Of a stretch of 64,000 nt of DNA, positions 35,514-47,500 are shown in pieces (position 1 is the first letter of the stretch; every line of letters starts with the position of its first letter). A program made the translations under genes and the position numbers. The DNA comes from Nemertoderma westbladi (Eukaryota; Animalia; Xenacoelomorpha), in the NCBI GenBank assembly GCA_032718475.1, contig JAUCBJ010005083.1:1-64000 (forward strand), read 5' to 3'. The notes under the pieces were generated by a model. That model saw only the letters and a list, made by a program, of their open reading frames with translations. It was not told the origin of the DNA and made no database searches.

Positions 35514-35746
35514 GAAGCGCCGTTTACGCCAAAACTATCGGAATACATATTATATTCAAGTTGTATCAATAAAAAAATATTATACTTAAGATGTTCCTAA
35601 ATTCTCGGACGAGTTTTTCTCGGCCGAGAATTTAGAAACATCTTAAGTCATAATATTTTGTATTACATTTGTATATAGTATAATATTTTGTATTATATAC
35701 TGTAGTATAATATTTATTCCGATAGTTTTGGTCTAGACGGCCCTTC
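35514..35746. repeat. Hairpin (palindromic) MITE-like element
   Basis: CCAAAACTATCGGAATA/TATTCCGATAGTTTTGG and TAAATTCTCGG/CCGAGAATTTA arms centred near 35615. Confidence 0.7.
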
Positions 35747-36090
35747 GGCCACCACTCCACCAACCTCTAACGGTACTGTATCTGGAAGCGAAGTGTAAAT
35801 GCATGACGACTGTAGGACAACATTGTGTCGTTGGCGGTGAGCAAGATAATTGTTCTATCACTTTATTTAATTTTTAATTAAGATAATTGTAACTGCAACC
35901 TACTGTACTGTACAGTAGCAATAAATAATTTAAATCATAAAGTTCCAATGTAGATTGACTAAGCATACTGTATATTATAAATAATAAAAATTGCATTCAC
36001 TTCGAAAACTTTTATTTAATTATTAGTTTTTTGACATTTTCTTCACTCTATCAATAATTATTAATTTTCAGTTTTCATGTTTTATTGCAG

Positions 36091-36231
36091 AGGGAGAAAA
36101 TCGATGGTCTAAATTCAGTTAAGTACATATTGCTGAATACTACATCCGAGAACTTGTACTCAAGACTACTGATTTCGATACGCGCCGAAGACTATCCATA
36201 TACTCTTATGAATCGTTTAGGATACAATTAA
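36091..36231 (+). CDS. Beta-1,4-galactosyltransferase family, last coding exon
   Basis: TTTTATTGCAG acceptor, in phase with the previous exon. Encodes REKIDGLNSVKY...LYSRLLISI...GYN*, matching the GT7 C-terminal DGLNS.Y motif. AATAAA at ~36303. Confidence 0.85.
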   Translation, partial: REKIDGLNSVKYILLNTTSENLYSRLLISIRAEDYPYTLMNRLGYN

Positions 36232-36644
36232 TACAACAAATTATCTGTTAACCATAACATAAAGTAATGAATTTACTACAGTAGTACTACAAATTATTGT
36301 ATAATAAATTACAAATATTTTACTACTGCAGTATTTTCAAATGATTTTTATAAAGTCCTGTAGCGTTTCTTCCTTCGCCTTAACTCGTTGAACCGGTTCC
36401 CCCTAAAATAGTTTTCGTCTTCAATCATCCTCAAAGGGGTTGGGAACTGGACCACCCTGCGAATAATATTGTCCAAAAGCAGCCAGCGGGTGAGATTAAA
36501 CGAGGAAGGATCCATGCGTGAAGGATCCATTGTGGCTCCTAAAAGTAACTGTTATCGCTCTAATCTATCGCTATCATTAATTGTTATATGTCATGTCACC
36601 GCACAGGCAGGCGCCACAAACACATGTACATATCCTGCCTTGAC

Positions 36645-37223
36645 TACTACTACTAGGATCGGCATGCTGCATTGCAGCTGCATTTTTAAGAATGCTGTGC
36701 CGGCTTGTCAACAAAATTGCACCGCCACAACTCCCTATCACCCATGACATTTGCTAGATCATCCGCATCTTTAAGGCCAGTGTCCTTTAAGATGCGTCTC
36801 AAGAAAGTCATGGGCTGTCCACCATGCTTATTCACTCCATGAGGCTGCCAAAGTACAAGATTATGCACTGGCTGGTCCTCACGGCGAAAGCAATGTCCTG
36901 CAAAGCGGAGGCGATTTTGTTCTAGTGTCAAGCTTGGGGGAACCAATGAGACACCTCCAATGTTATATAGTGTCTGGTTGGAGATGTGTGCATTGTACTT
37001 GACACAATGAACCCGGCGTAGCATTCTTGTGAATGTGCCATCCAGAGATTTGGTGTCCTCAGCAGTTAGAGCCCAGCATGGACTCCCGTAGAGGAGTACT
37101 GGAACTACTGCTGCTCTAAATAATCGGACCTTAAGTTTCCGATTAATTCTCGGTGACTTCCAAATCCTGGAAAGCCTATTCAAGGCTGCCCATGCCTTCC
37201 CCTTACGTATGTGAAGGTCATTA
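36645..37223 (-). mobile_element. 5'-truncated RTE-like LINE with (TAG)n tail
   Basis: KVRLFRAAVVPVLLYGS..W and RLRFAGHCFR motifs; GCCTTGAC TSD (36637-36644, 37224-37231); near-identical to the copy at 63163-64000. Confidence 0.88.
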
Positions 37224-37645
37224 GCCTTGACATTAGGTTGCAATTACTGGCAATGGGTGGATGCCGGGGGTCTGTGTGAAACCTCGGTATGGCTCGGGTG
37301 AAAAAAAATATAAACAAATATCTTACTGAGGTTATATGTTTAAGCATTTCAAAGTAATTGCAATGCACCCAGTGGTGGTCGTCCTGTAAAAACTTCAAAT
37401 TAATTAATAAACATACAGTATTAGTGTACGCTTCGTATTTATCAACGAGTAGAAACGAACGCGATTGGCTAGTTCACAGTTGCTTTCACTTTGTGTACCG
37501 GTACTGCTGTACATAGGTACTGTAAGATATATACCGGTACTGGAAATACTTTTTAGTTACCTTGCTTGATTAATTGAATTAGTAAACTATAATTAATAAT
37601 TTTTACGGTGAAGCGCATACTTTAACATATGAAATAATTTTCACT

Positions 37646-38765
37646 CAGTGGCGTATCCAGGGGTAGTGGCGCCCCGGGGCGAGAGGTTGATAAGCCGCCC
37701 CCAACCCCAACCCCCCCCCCCCCCCCCCCCACCCCCTCATTAACAATAAAAAGCGAAAAAATTTAATACCTTATTATTTAGTCGTACAGCTTATAATTGG
37801 GATCCTCAAAAAATTCGTTAAAGATATTTGATGGAATTAAATTTACAAACCTAATTGAGCAAATACGAGGAATCTTACAAGGGGACTCATTCTCTACCAT
37901 CATGCTTTTTAATGTAGCCGACCTTTCAACTTCGCCAAATAAGTTCTACCTTGGTGTTCGTCTTTTTTGCGGATGATCTTGTAATTTACTCGACTAAACG
38001 CAACGACATTCAGCGGGCGTTTGATGAATTGGAGAAATGGCGCAACTTAAATCAAATGGAACTCAACTTAAGGAAGACTAAAATAGTTAAGTTCCGACGT
38101 GCAGGTCGAGCCTTTTTCTTAAGGAAGGTGTTATAATATAACCTGTCTACCTTACCTAATTGTATTAAAAATAATAACATTATTATTACATCTGTTCTTG
38201 TAAGCAAAGATGTTGCGCTTTATTTATACTGTAATTACATCAATATGCTAACTAATTGGATTTTAAATAACAGCATAAAAAAAAGGGGGGGGGGGGGGAT
38301 CCTTTTGACATTATATTCCAGTCCATGGTGAAATACATATTGATAAACGCCGTGGCGTTTATTCCAGGAAGGCGTTTAATTAAGATGCTTGGATGAGGAT
38401 AGCCAGGGAACGTTTATTCGAAGGGGGTGGGCTCATAATTCGAAGAAATACGGTCAGTCGGATGTAAACAAATTACGAGTCCTCAAATAGCCAACAACGC
38501 TACAACAGTAAGTTACCAGCAATTCCTATTTCAAATTTCCCACCAACCTACACTCAGACATAAATTTAGTATCTAAATTTCGCAAGATAAAAATAATTTG
38601 CTAGATTTAATAGTAGGCCTACTATATGCATATTGCTGTATGTATATTGCACTACCCAATCTTATTCATTTCTCTCCGCCAGTTACTTGTCCTGTAAATA
38701 TCTTTTAAAATGCGGTGTTATCAATGAGGGGCGCCCCGGCTCGCCATGGTCTGGTTACGCCACTG
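37646..38765. mobile_element. Non-autonomous hAT-like element with 8-bp TSD, carrying a LINE RT fragment (~37860-38110, + strand)
   Basis: CAGTGGCGTA/TACGCCACTG TIRs; TTTTCACT TSD; internal GILQGDS and FADDLVIYS...NLRKTKIVKF peptides. Confidence 0.8.
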
Positions 38766-40721
38766 TTTTCACTCACTAAATTTACGCGTTGGGGGGCTAA
38801 TTGTTTACCATAATTTTACGTGGTTTTTCATCTACCTGTCTCAAAGCTGATCCTACACTTACCTGCATAAGTCCTAAAAAAGGGTATTAAATCTCGCAAT
38901 ACGAAACTATAAACACATTTTTAAATTTCGCAATTTACGAACATTAAGATTTTGAACATACAGTAGAAATTGACATAAAATATCTTTCAAAGTTCCTTAT
39001 TCTGTCAGGACAACCTTTGAACTACTAATCGAACAAATAACCGAATCAAATGCATACAGTATATTCATGACTATTATGTACAGTAGAATCTGACAATGTA
39101 CACATAATAAAGTTACATTTTGTTATCTCTTAGAAAATGTGTAATAGTTTTGTATATAATAATAATTTTATTTCCTACACTATATTATACACACATCCAC
39201 TGATCACATATCTACTGTATTGTACAGTAGGCGATTGGCATGGGCGAGTCAGAAAGTGAATTCAGTCAAATATTTCCCAAATCTTCCTGGTAAATTCAGT
39301 TCAGCGATATTATTTATTTTAATTATTTATATAATAAGGAAAGAATTAAGGAATGCCACTCTCCACTGATATAACCAGATGTCAGTAGAGGGCCTATGCA
39401 TGCCTACCAGCCTACTGGCCTACAGTACTGCAGAACCGGACCGGTAGGCCTATGTAATAATAAAATAAATATTGTATATTCAAGGACTACTTACTACTGA
39501 TCCACATTGACCCCGTTATCGTTGTCCGGATTACTGCTGAGCCAGTCCTTCAGTATAGTACTGTAGTACCGGTCTGCCGGTAGTTCCTTGTGTATAATTT
39601 GTCTGTGGTGGCTGGACGCTTACTAAGACTGTATTTCCTTACCTGCAGACCTGGTATCTGCACTCCTTTTCTGTTTTGTATTGCCGACTACTGGATCAGG
39701 TACCTGGGTACCGGTACCGGTATATATAGTTGGATAACTGACATCGACATCTGGACTACCGGACTATGGCTGTATGGACTACATTATTTATTGCTGTATT
39801 GTACGTACAACTGCAGTAGCCTCCTACAGTACTGTATGACAGTATGATATTAACTCGTTTTTTATTATTTAGTGTACAAATACAAAAATAGCAGTGGCGC
39901 AGCGCAGCCACAGGGGGGGGTGGGGGGTGGGACAGTGGGACACGTCCCTCGAACTTTTCAGGAATGAATGCGCAAATACAAAATTCTGACTCACCTACTG
40001 TACTGCTGTAATACTGTAAGGACAAGGCTGCAAGGGAGGTGATACTACTGTCTGACTGTATGTTTCAAATTTCATGGAATCTCATTAATATTTATTGTAA
40101 AAAAAAATTTTGTGGTGGGGGGTTATGCCGGACCTAAAATAATTTTATCGTCCCCCCACCCTAACCTACTTTTGGGAACGTGGCGCAAAACCCGCCTTGG
40201 CGAATTAATATCCCGCCACAATGTTAAATTCTCAATTTAGGGAAAGGAGCAGGTTACAGTGGCACGTTATTTTAACCAAAACAATAAACTAAACACAATA
40301 GAACAGGTTACAGTTTTATTTTTGAGAGTAATCAGCTGTTATTTGCGTCGAATTTCCCCTGGAGAGGGATGAATTTTTATTGCGTCAAGTTCCCCCCCCC
40401 CCCCCCCCCCCCCCACCCCCATCTGCTGTGATGACCGAACAGGCAGATTCTAAATAGTACAAAAGGCCTATCCTAGTATTAGGCTAAACTGTCCCTCTAT
40501 ATACTGTAATGCAATATCACGACCACCTCACCCTCACATACAGTCATTTAAGCACATATTTGGGGACTCAAAACTCAGATAGTACACTGTACAGCTGTAT
40601 GTACAGCTATTTATTCTGTTATTGAATTTAGTATTATCAGAAGGAATAGGCCTAGGCTTACAATAAGTGGATGCTGAGTTTGATTTCTGTCCTATTATAT
40701 ATATCAATTCGGCAATTTACG

Positions 40722-40934
40722 ATGAAGACATTAAGGGATTTGTGTTTGCAATCTATTGCGGAGAACTTGTCACTCATACCTCAAATTGTAAAACATTTGC
40801 CAATTATTCTCAAGGAACATTTACTGTCTTATATAATTGCCCACGAAATGTTAGTGAATGAAAGGTTCCCAGCTGTTACCTACAATTTATTTGACAAAAT
40901 GTTGAGGACAGTTGTTATGGATCATTGCAACCAG
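40722..40934 (+). CDS. AMN1-like/FBXL-type leucine-rich-repeat protein, first coding exon (BC-box-like N-terminus)
   Basis: MKTLRDLCLQSIAENL...LPIILKEHLL resembles a BC-box plus Cul2-box; CAG|GTTTGT phase-0 donor. An alternative upstream ATG lies at 40671. Confidence 0.75.
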
Positions 40935-42741
40935 GTTTGTTGGGGTGGTCGAACCATTGTTGTATGGTACGGTACATTACTGTACGTACTGTACTGTAGA
41001 CAGACATGCGATCGTATGTGAGTGAGAGGCCAGAGCCTCAGATTTTGTTAGGCCTCGGCCGGGTCCGGGTCACATATGAGTTTTCAACTTTCGATCCCAG
41101 GCCCGAGTTCACACATAAAAACATTCAATTTTCAGCTCATAAAACATTATGAGTGACCAAAAAACATGTATGTACGTACTATAATGGAAATGTAAGGGGG
41201 GGGGGGGGGGGGGGGGGTAGGTAGGTATTTATGTGAGATTGCTAAGATCTCTGACGAGGAGAGGGTGGGAGCCAAATTTTTATTTAATGTTTGTTTCAGT
41301 TTGTGTGCATTTAGCAAACACTTTCGGGGCATTTACGTTATCCCATTTATTTTAAAATGGTTGTGATATTACCAAGTTCATCTTTATTACTAAACCTGTA
41401 GACAGCAAATCTAAGACAAGCACGCGAATCAACTATGACAGGAAGAAACTCGAGATATGGGTGGAGGTGGAGGGGGAGCTTGATCCAAATCCATCTCGGC
41501 GAATTAATATATCGTCTCATTGTTAAATTTATCAATTATGGGAAAGAAAGGAGTTATTCTAACCAAATCAATAAACTAAAATCAATAGAACAAGTTACAG
41601 TTATTTTTTTGGGAGTAGCCACTAGTCAGCTGTTATTTGCGACGGATTTCCCCTGGACATGGATGAATTTTGATTGTGCTGAGTTGTTGAAAGTCCCTAA
41701 TCTGAAAAACTTATAACGATAATAATGCAGTAATGGATGCTTCCACAGTAGAAGGCCAACCCGTATTGAAGTGCTTCTCCAGTTAATAGATTGAAGACAG
41801 ATTCAATATACCAGAATATACTGTATATTAAAAAGCCCACAGGGAATCAGTCAAGAGGCATATTCGGATTATTCCCCAGAAACCCAAATGAAGACATTTT
41901 GTGCCATGACAACACTTTGTGAGAGACAGAGAAAGATCTTAAGATAGCCTACAAGGTAAAAACTGAACAAACAACAATCGAAAACATCAACAAATTGAGA
42001 AGGCTAAAGAAGACTTCAAAGTGTAAAATTTAAGCAATTACAACCGCTCACGCTCACCTTACAACAGTCTAGACTTATGTGGCAAACTGTAAATGTGGTA
42101 TATGGACGGCAAAGTTGCACGAGGGGCGCCTAAAAACTGATAGTCCAGGAGAACGTGTTAGAAAATGGAAAGATCATTTAACAGTAACTTGTTTGGGCAG
42201 CCACCAAATATTGAGGTCAGCCCTACTTATATATGATAAGACGAAAGACGATGTCTATAGAAACAATGGACTTGCCGAACGTATCAACATAACATTATGG
42301 AATCATTATTGGATGTTTGCAACCGGACTTTGAACCATTTCATTAATCCTCTGTGCTCCTGTGGGTTGGGGTCAAGGCGACCTAATATAGAGGTCGCCTT
42401 GGTTGGGGTGGTGCAGATAAAGAGTGCGGTTGAAGCGAGGGAGGGAACTTTCCTCTCTTCTTTGATTTATTCTTATTGGCGGTTTGGTTAAATTTCTTAT
42501 TTATTTATTTAAATTTCTTAAGTACCGATTTTGGGATAGAATTACTCAATTTGAATCTGTATCTGATAACTGAGCCTCGTGCTGCGCGAAGGGCCCCACG
42601 AACGTGTTATATTGAGAGCAATTGAGAGAATCTAAATTGCAAAAACTACGTAAGTCTGGAAGGACCTCTTCACCACTGTGTGAGCTTGTAGCCTAGTAAT
42701 AGTAACAATAGCTGATATTGTTAATATTGTATTCCTTTCAG

Positions 42742-42895
42742 GTTACTGATAAGTTTTTATCTCAATTGAGTCGTTCCGGATGCAAACTGAAGTCGTTATC
42801 AATATTTAGTTGTCTGAACGCTGGGGATAAAGGATTAGCTACCTTGCTCCAATCACAAACTGAGCTGGAGAGTTTACAACTAACCCAGTTGCCGG
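42742..42895 (+). CDS. LRR gene exon 2
   Basis: TTTCAG acceptor and G|GTAAGT donor; VTDKFLSQL...LKSLSIFSCLNAGDKGL cysteine-containing LRR; phases consistent. Confidence 0.85.
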
Positions 42896-42930
42896 GTAAG
42901 TTGAGCACACAGTAGCCTCAATGGTCTTGG

Positions 42931-43158
42931 TTAGTGCCACGCGAGATATTAGTGCCCGCGAGTCATTAGTGCCCGCGAGTCATTAGTGCCCGCGAGTCAT
43001 TAGTGCCCGCGAATCATTAGTGCCCGCGAATCATTAGTGCCCGCGAGATATTAGTGCCCGCGAATCATTAGTGCCCGCGAGATATTAGTGCCCGCGAGAT
43101 ATTAGTGCCCGTGAATCATTAGTGCCCGCGAGTCATTAGTGCCCGCAAGTCATTAGTG
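42931..43158. repeat. 17-bp tandem repeat (TAGTGCCCGCGAGTCAT), about 13 copies
   Basis: Direct reading. Confidence 0.95.
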
Positions 43159-44561
43159 GGGGAGTGGGGATTCAGGGATTGATCCCCCCCCCCCCACCCC
43201 CTATTGACAAGAAAACCTGAGCACATTATACGAATTATAAAAAATTTAGTGTCACTTTAATAGAACGTTTTCATCATTATCATTGTCACCAATTTCTGAT
43301 TTATCTCAGCGTCCAATAATTGACCAAAATAAAATGTTTCAATCCCAGTAAAGTACTGTACCAACTTCCAATGGAGTAATAAAGGATTGATTAGGACAAT
43401 ACCCGCATCCCCCCCTCCCCCCCCCCCCCCCCCCCCTCTCCCCTTTGTCACTGCTCGAGTTAATGGCGTGAAATGACAGCAAACACCAAAATATGTTTCT
43501 AGTGAGTTTAAAAACTTTATTAAATTTATTAAAATCGCTAAGAACAAGGGGCAGGTTACTGTGTCGATATTTTCTGACCAAAACAGTAAATAAAACTTTA
43601 TTTCATTTGAAATCAAAGTGCACCATCAGCACTATCTGCACTGCTCACAGGATTTGTCACAATCTCACTGACCCCTCTCCTCTCCCCGATATTGACCGTG
43701 ACGTAATTTATGAACAGCCCCTCAATAAATACATACTGTATCTAGAGTAACCATTTCAACCGTTAAAAAACTCAAAACATTTTTCGTTCGCTTCGCTCAT
43801 GAATTTCTCGGGCTTGCATCCTTCACATCTTTCAACCCCCCCCCCCTCCCCCCCCCCCTCCCCTCCCCTCCTCTTCCCAAAATCCTGGCTACACCCCTGG
43901 GTAAAAATTGCTCTGACAAAACTAATTGATCAATTTTCACAAATTAAGTGTAGAAAAAAAAAACATTTCAAAAATGTAATTTAGTTTGTAGTTAAGATTG
44001 AGGAGAAAAGTTGTTGGTCAATTTTTGAGGTTTTTCTATTGCATCACACAGGGTGGGGGGGGGGGGGGGGGGATGGGGTCGGCCCCGGTTACAATATTAG
44101 CCTAGGGGCCCATCAATTATTAAGGCGACCCTGGTCATCCCACTCGAGGAGAAAATCGACGCGAATAATTGCTGATTACTCTCAAAAAATAATATTGCAA
44201 CCTGTTACTTACATTGACTTTAGTTTATTTTTTTTATTTGAATAACGTGCTTCTGTAACCTGTTACTTTCCTTAAATTGGTAATTTAACATTGAGACGAA
44301 GTATATATTTCGCCGAGATGGGATTGTAAAGGTACTTAGACATTAGAACCCGCAGGCACTACCCATTAGTATAAACGAATCTCAGTACCCCACATTGTAA
44401 TATCAAAATTAATTATTCTGAAGAAATCGAATTATTGATCAGCTGTATACCTCGGGATTCTCGGTTTTTGAACTTTGAAATGGTAATGCGAAAATGTCAG
44501 ACCCGACGGAAACACAATAGGTTGGTGGAAGTTATTGTAGACCCATGAGCTACTATATATA

Positions 44562-47500
44562 CGACCATGAAAGCTGCATTCTACCTACTAAATTTAGTAG
44601 GAACACGTTTTTATAATCATTTATCATATATTTGAAGGATTTTATAATAAAAGTCTTCTAGAACATTTTTTTATGATTCATTTCAATAGTAGGCCTAAGT
44701 ATTATAATTTTGAAACAACTTATTTTAATAGCTATTTTTATATATTATTGGTAAATGCCAGTTCCACCTCGTTGGTGCTTATACCTACGCCATCTCATGG
44801 AATATTGTGTCTTAATTCAATGACTTGGCCACCAATTATTATTATTCTACAAATCTTAATGAGATTGCATGAAATTTGAAATAGATATTGTTTTACCTCC
44901 CTCATCCGTACTGTGTGCGTCAGAATATTTTGTTTTCGCTTTCAATCCTTAACTACAAGAGTTTGAAAAGTGTTTTATTGAATCTATTTAATTACTATCT
45001 ATCTAGGACACAGTTTGTATGGGAACAGTTCCTTATGCAGTCGCATTTCCTAAAAATTTCTTATGAAATATATCTAGGCATATATTATGACAAATTTAGA
45101 ACTAAATTACCATCGTTGACTTCCTCACAATCACAAAGCTATAGTTATTCTTTGTGATGAAGGCCATATAGACAATGATGTTGTACTGCTTGTAGATAAA
45201 ATTCAGTTAAAGCTATAGTTATTCTTCGTGATGAAGGCCATATAGACAATGATGTTGTACTGCATGTAGATAAAATTCAGTTAAAGCTATAGTTATTCTT
45301 CGTGATCAAGGCCATATAGACAATGATGTTGTACTGCTTGTAGATAAAATTAAGTTAAAGCTATAGTTATTCTTCGTGATGAAGGCCATATAGACAATGA
45401 TGTTGTACTGCATGTAGATAAAATTAAGTTAAAGCTATAGTTATTCTTCGTGATGAAGGCCATATAGACAATGATGTTGTACTGCTTGTAGATAAAATTC
45501 AGTTAAAGCTATAGTTATTCTTCGTGATGAAGGCCATATAGACAATGATGTTGTACTGGTTGTAGATAAAATTCAGTTAAAGCTATAGTTATTCTTCGTG
45601 ATGAAGGCCATATAGACAATGATGTTGTACTGCATGTAGATAAAATTCAGTTAAAGCTATAGTTATTCTTCGTGATGTAGGCCATATAGACAATGATGTT
45701 GTACTGCATGTAGATAAAATTCAGTTAAAGCTATAGTTATTCTTCGTGATGAAGGCCATATAGACAATGATGTTGTACTGCATGTAGATAAAATTCAGTT
45801 AAAGCTATAGTTATTCTTCGTGATCAAGGCCATATAGACAATGATGTTGTACTGCTTGTAGATAAAATTAAGTTAAAGCTATAGTTATTCTTCGTGATGA
45901 AGGCCATATAGACAATGATGTTGTACTGCATGTAGATAAAATTCAGTTAAAGCTATAGTTATTCTTCGTGATGAAGGCCATATAGACAATGATGTTGTAC
46001 TGCTTGTAGATAAAATTAAGTTAAAGCTATAGTTATTCTTCGTGATGAAGGCCATATAGACAATGATGTTGTACTGCATGTAGATAAGATTCAGTTAAAG
46101 CTATAGTTATTCTTCGTGATGAAGGCCATATAGACAATGATGTTGTACTGCTTGTAGATAAAATTCAGTTAAAGCTATAGTTATTCTTTGTGATGAAGGC
46201 CATATAGACAATGATGTTGTACTGCTTGTAGATAAAATTCAGTTAAAGCTATAGTTATTCTTCGTGATGAAGGCCATATAGACAATGATGTTGTACTGCT
46301 TGTAGATAAAATTCAGTTAAAGCTATAGTTATTCTTTGTAATGAAGGCCATATAGACAATGATGTTGTACTGCATGTAGATAAAATTAAGTTAAAGCTAT
46401 AGTTATTCTTCGTGATGAAGGCCATATAGACAATGATGTTGTACTGCATGTAGATAAAATTAAGTTAAAGCTATAGTTATTCTTCGTGATGAAGGCCATA
46501 TAGACAATGATGTTGTACTGCATGTAGATAAGATTCAGTTAAAGCTATAGTTATTCTTCGTGATGAAGGCCATATAGACAATGATGTTGTACTGCTTGTA
46601 GATAAAATTCAGATAAAGCTATAGTTATTCTTCGTGATGAAGGCCATATAGACAATGATGTTGTACTGCTTGTAGATAAGATTAAGTTAAAGCTATAGTT
46701 ATTCTTCGTGATGAAGGCCATATAGACAATGATGTTGTACTGCATGTAGATAAAATTAAGTTAAAGCTATAGTTATTCTTCGTGATGAAGGCCATATAGA
46801 CAATGATGTTGTACTGCATGTAGATAAAATTAAGTTAAAGCTATAGTTATTCTTCGTGATGAAGGCCATATAGACAATGATGTTGTACTGCATGTAGATA
46901 AAATTCAGTTAAAGCTATAGTTATTCTTCGTGATGAAGGCCATATAGACAATGATGTTGTACTGCATGTAGATAAGATTCAGTTAAAGCTATAGTTATTC
47001 TTCGTGATGAAGGCCATATAGACAATGATGTTGTACTGCATGTAGATAAAATTCAGTTAAAGCTATAGTTATTCTTCGTGATGAAGGCCATATAGACAAT
47101 GATGTTGTACTGCTTGTAGATAAAATTAAGTTAAAGCTATAGTTATTCTTCGTGATGAAGGCCATATAGACAATGATGTTGTACTGCATGTAGATAAAAT
47201 TAAGTTAAAGCTATAGTTATTCTTCGTGATGAAGGCCATATAGACAATGATGTTGTACTGCATGTAGATAAGATTCAGTTAAAGCTATAGTTATTCTTCG
47301 TGATGAAGGCCATATAGACAATGATGTTGTACTGCATGTAGATAAAATTCAGTTAAAGCTATAGTTATTCTTCGTGATGAAGGCCATATAGACAATGATG
47401 TTGTACTGCATGTAGATAAAATTAAGTTAAAGCTATAGTTATTCTTCGTGATGAAGGCCATATAGACAATGATGTTGTACTGCATGTAGATAAGATTCAG

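Larger units (their letters stand above)
36348..39692 (-). other. Candidate small spliced gene: exons ~39643-39692, 38863-38873, 37327-37383 and a last exon starting at 36538
   Basis: Chain of consensus minus-strand splice sites (CAG|GTAAGG; TTTTTAG|GACTTATGCAG|GTAAGT; TTTTTACAG|57 nt|GTAAGA; CTTTTAG|). No recognisable homology. Confidence 0.35.

Noticed and set aside
35187-35600. His/Thr-rich and Cys/Val-rich ORFs
   Set aside because: Translations of the (CA)n microsatellite.
41730-42510. Possible LINE relic in intron 1 of the LRR gene
   Set aside because: Composition is suggestive, but there is no diagnostic motif or boundary I can support.
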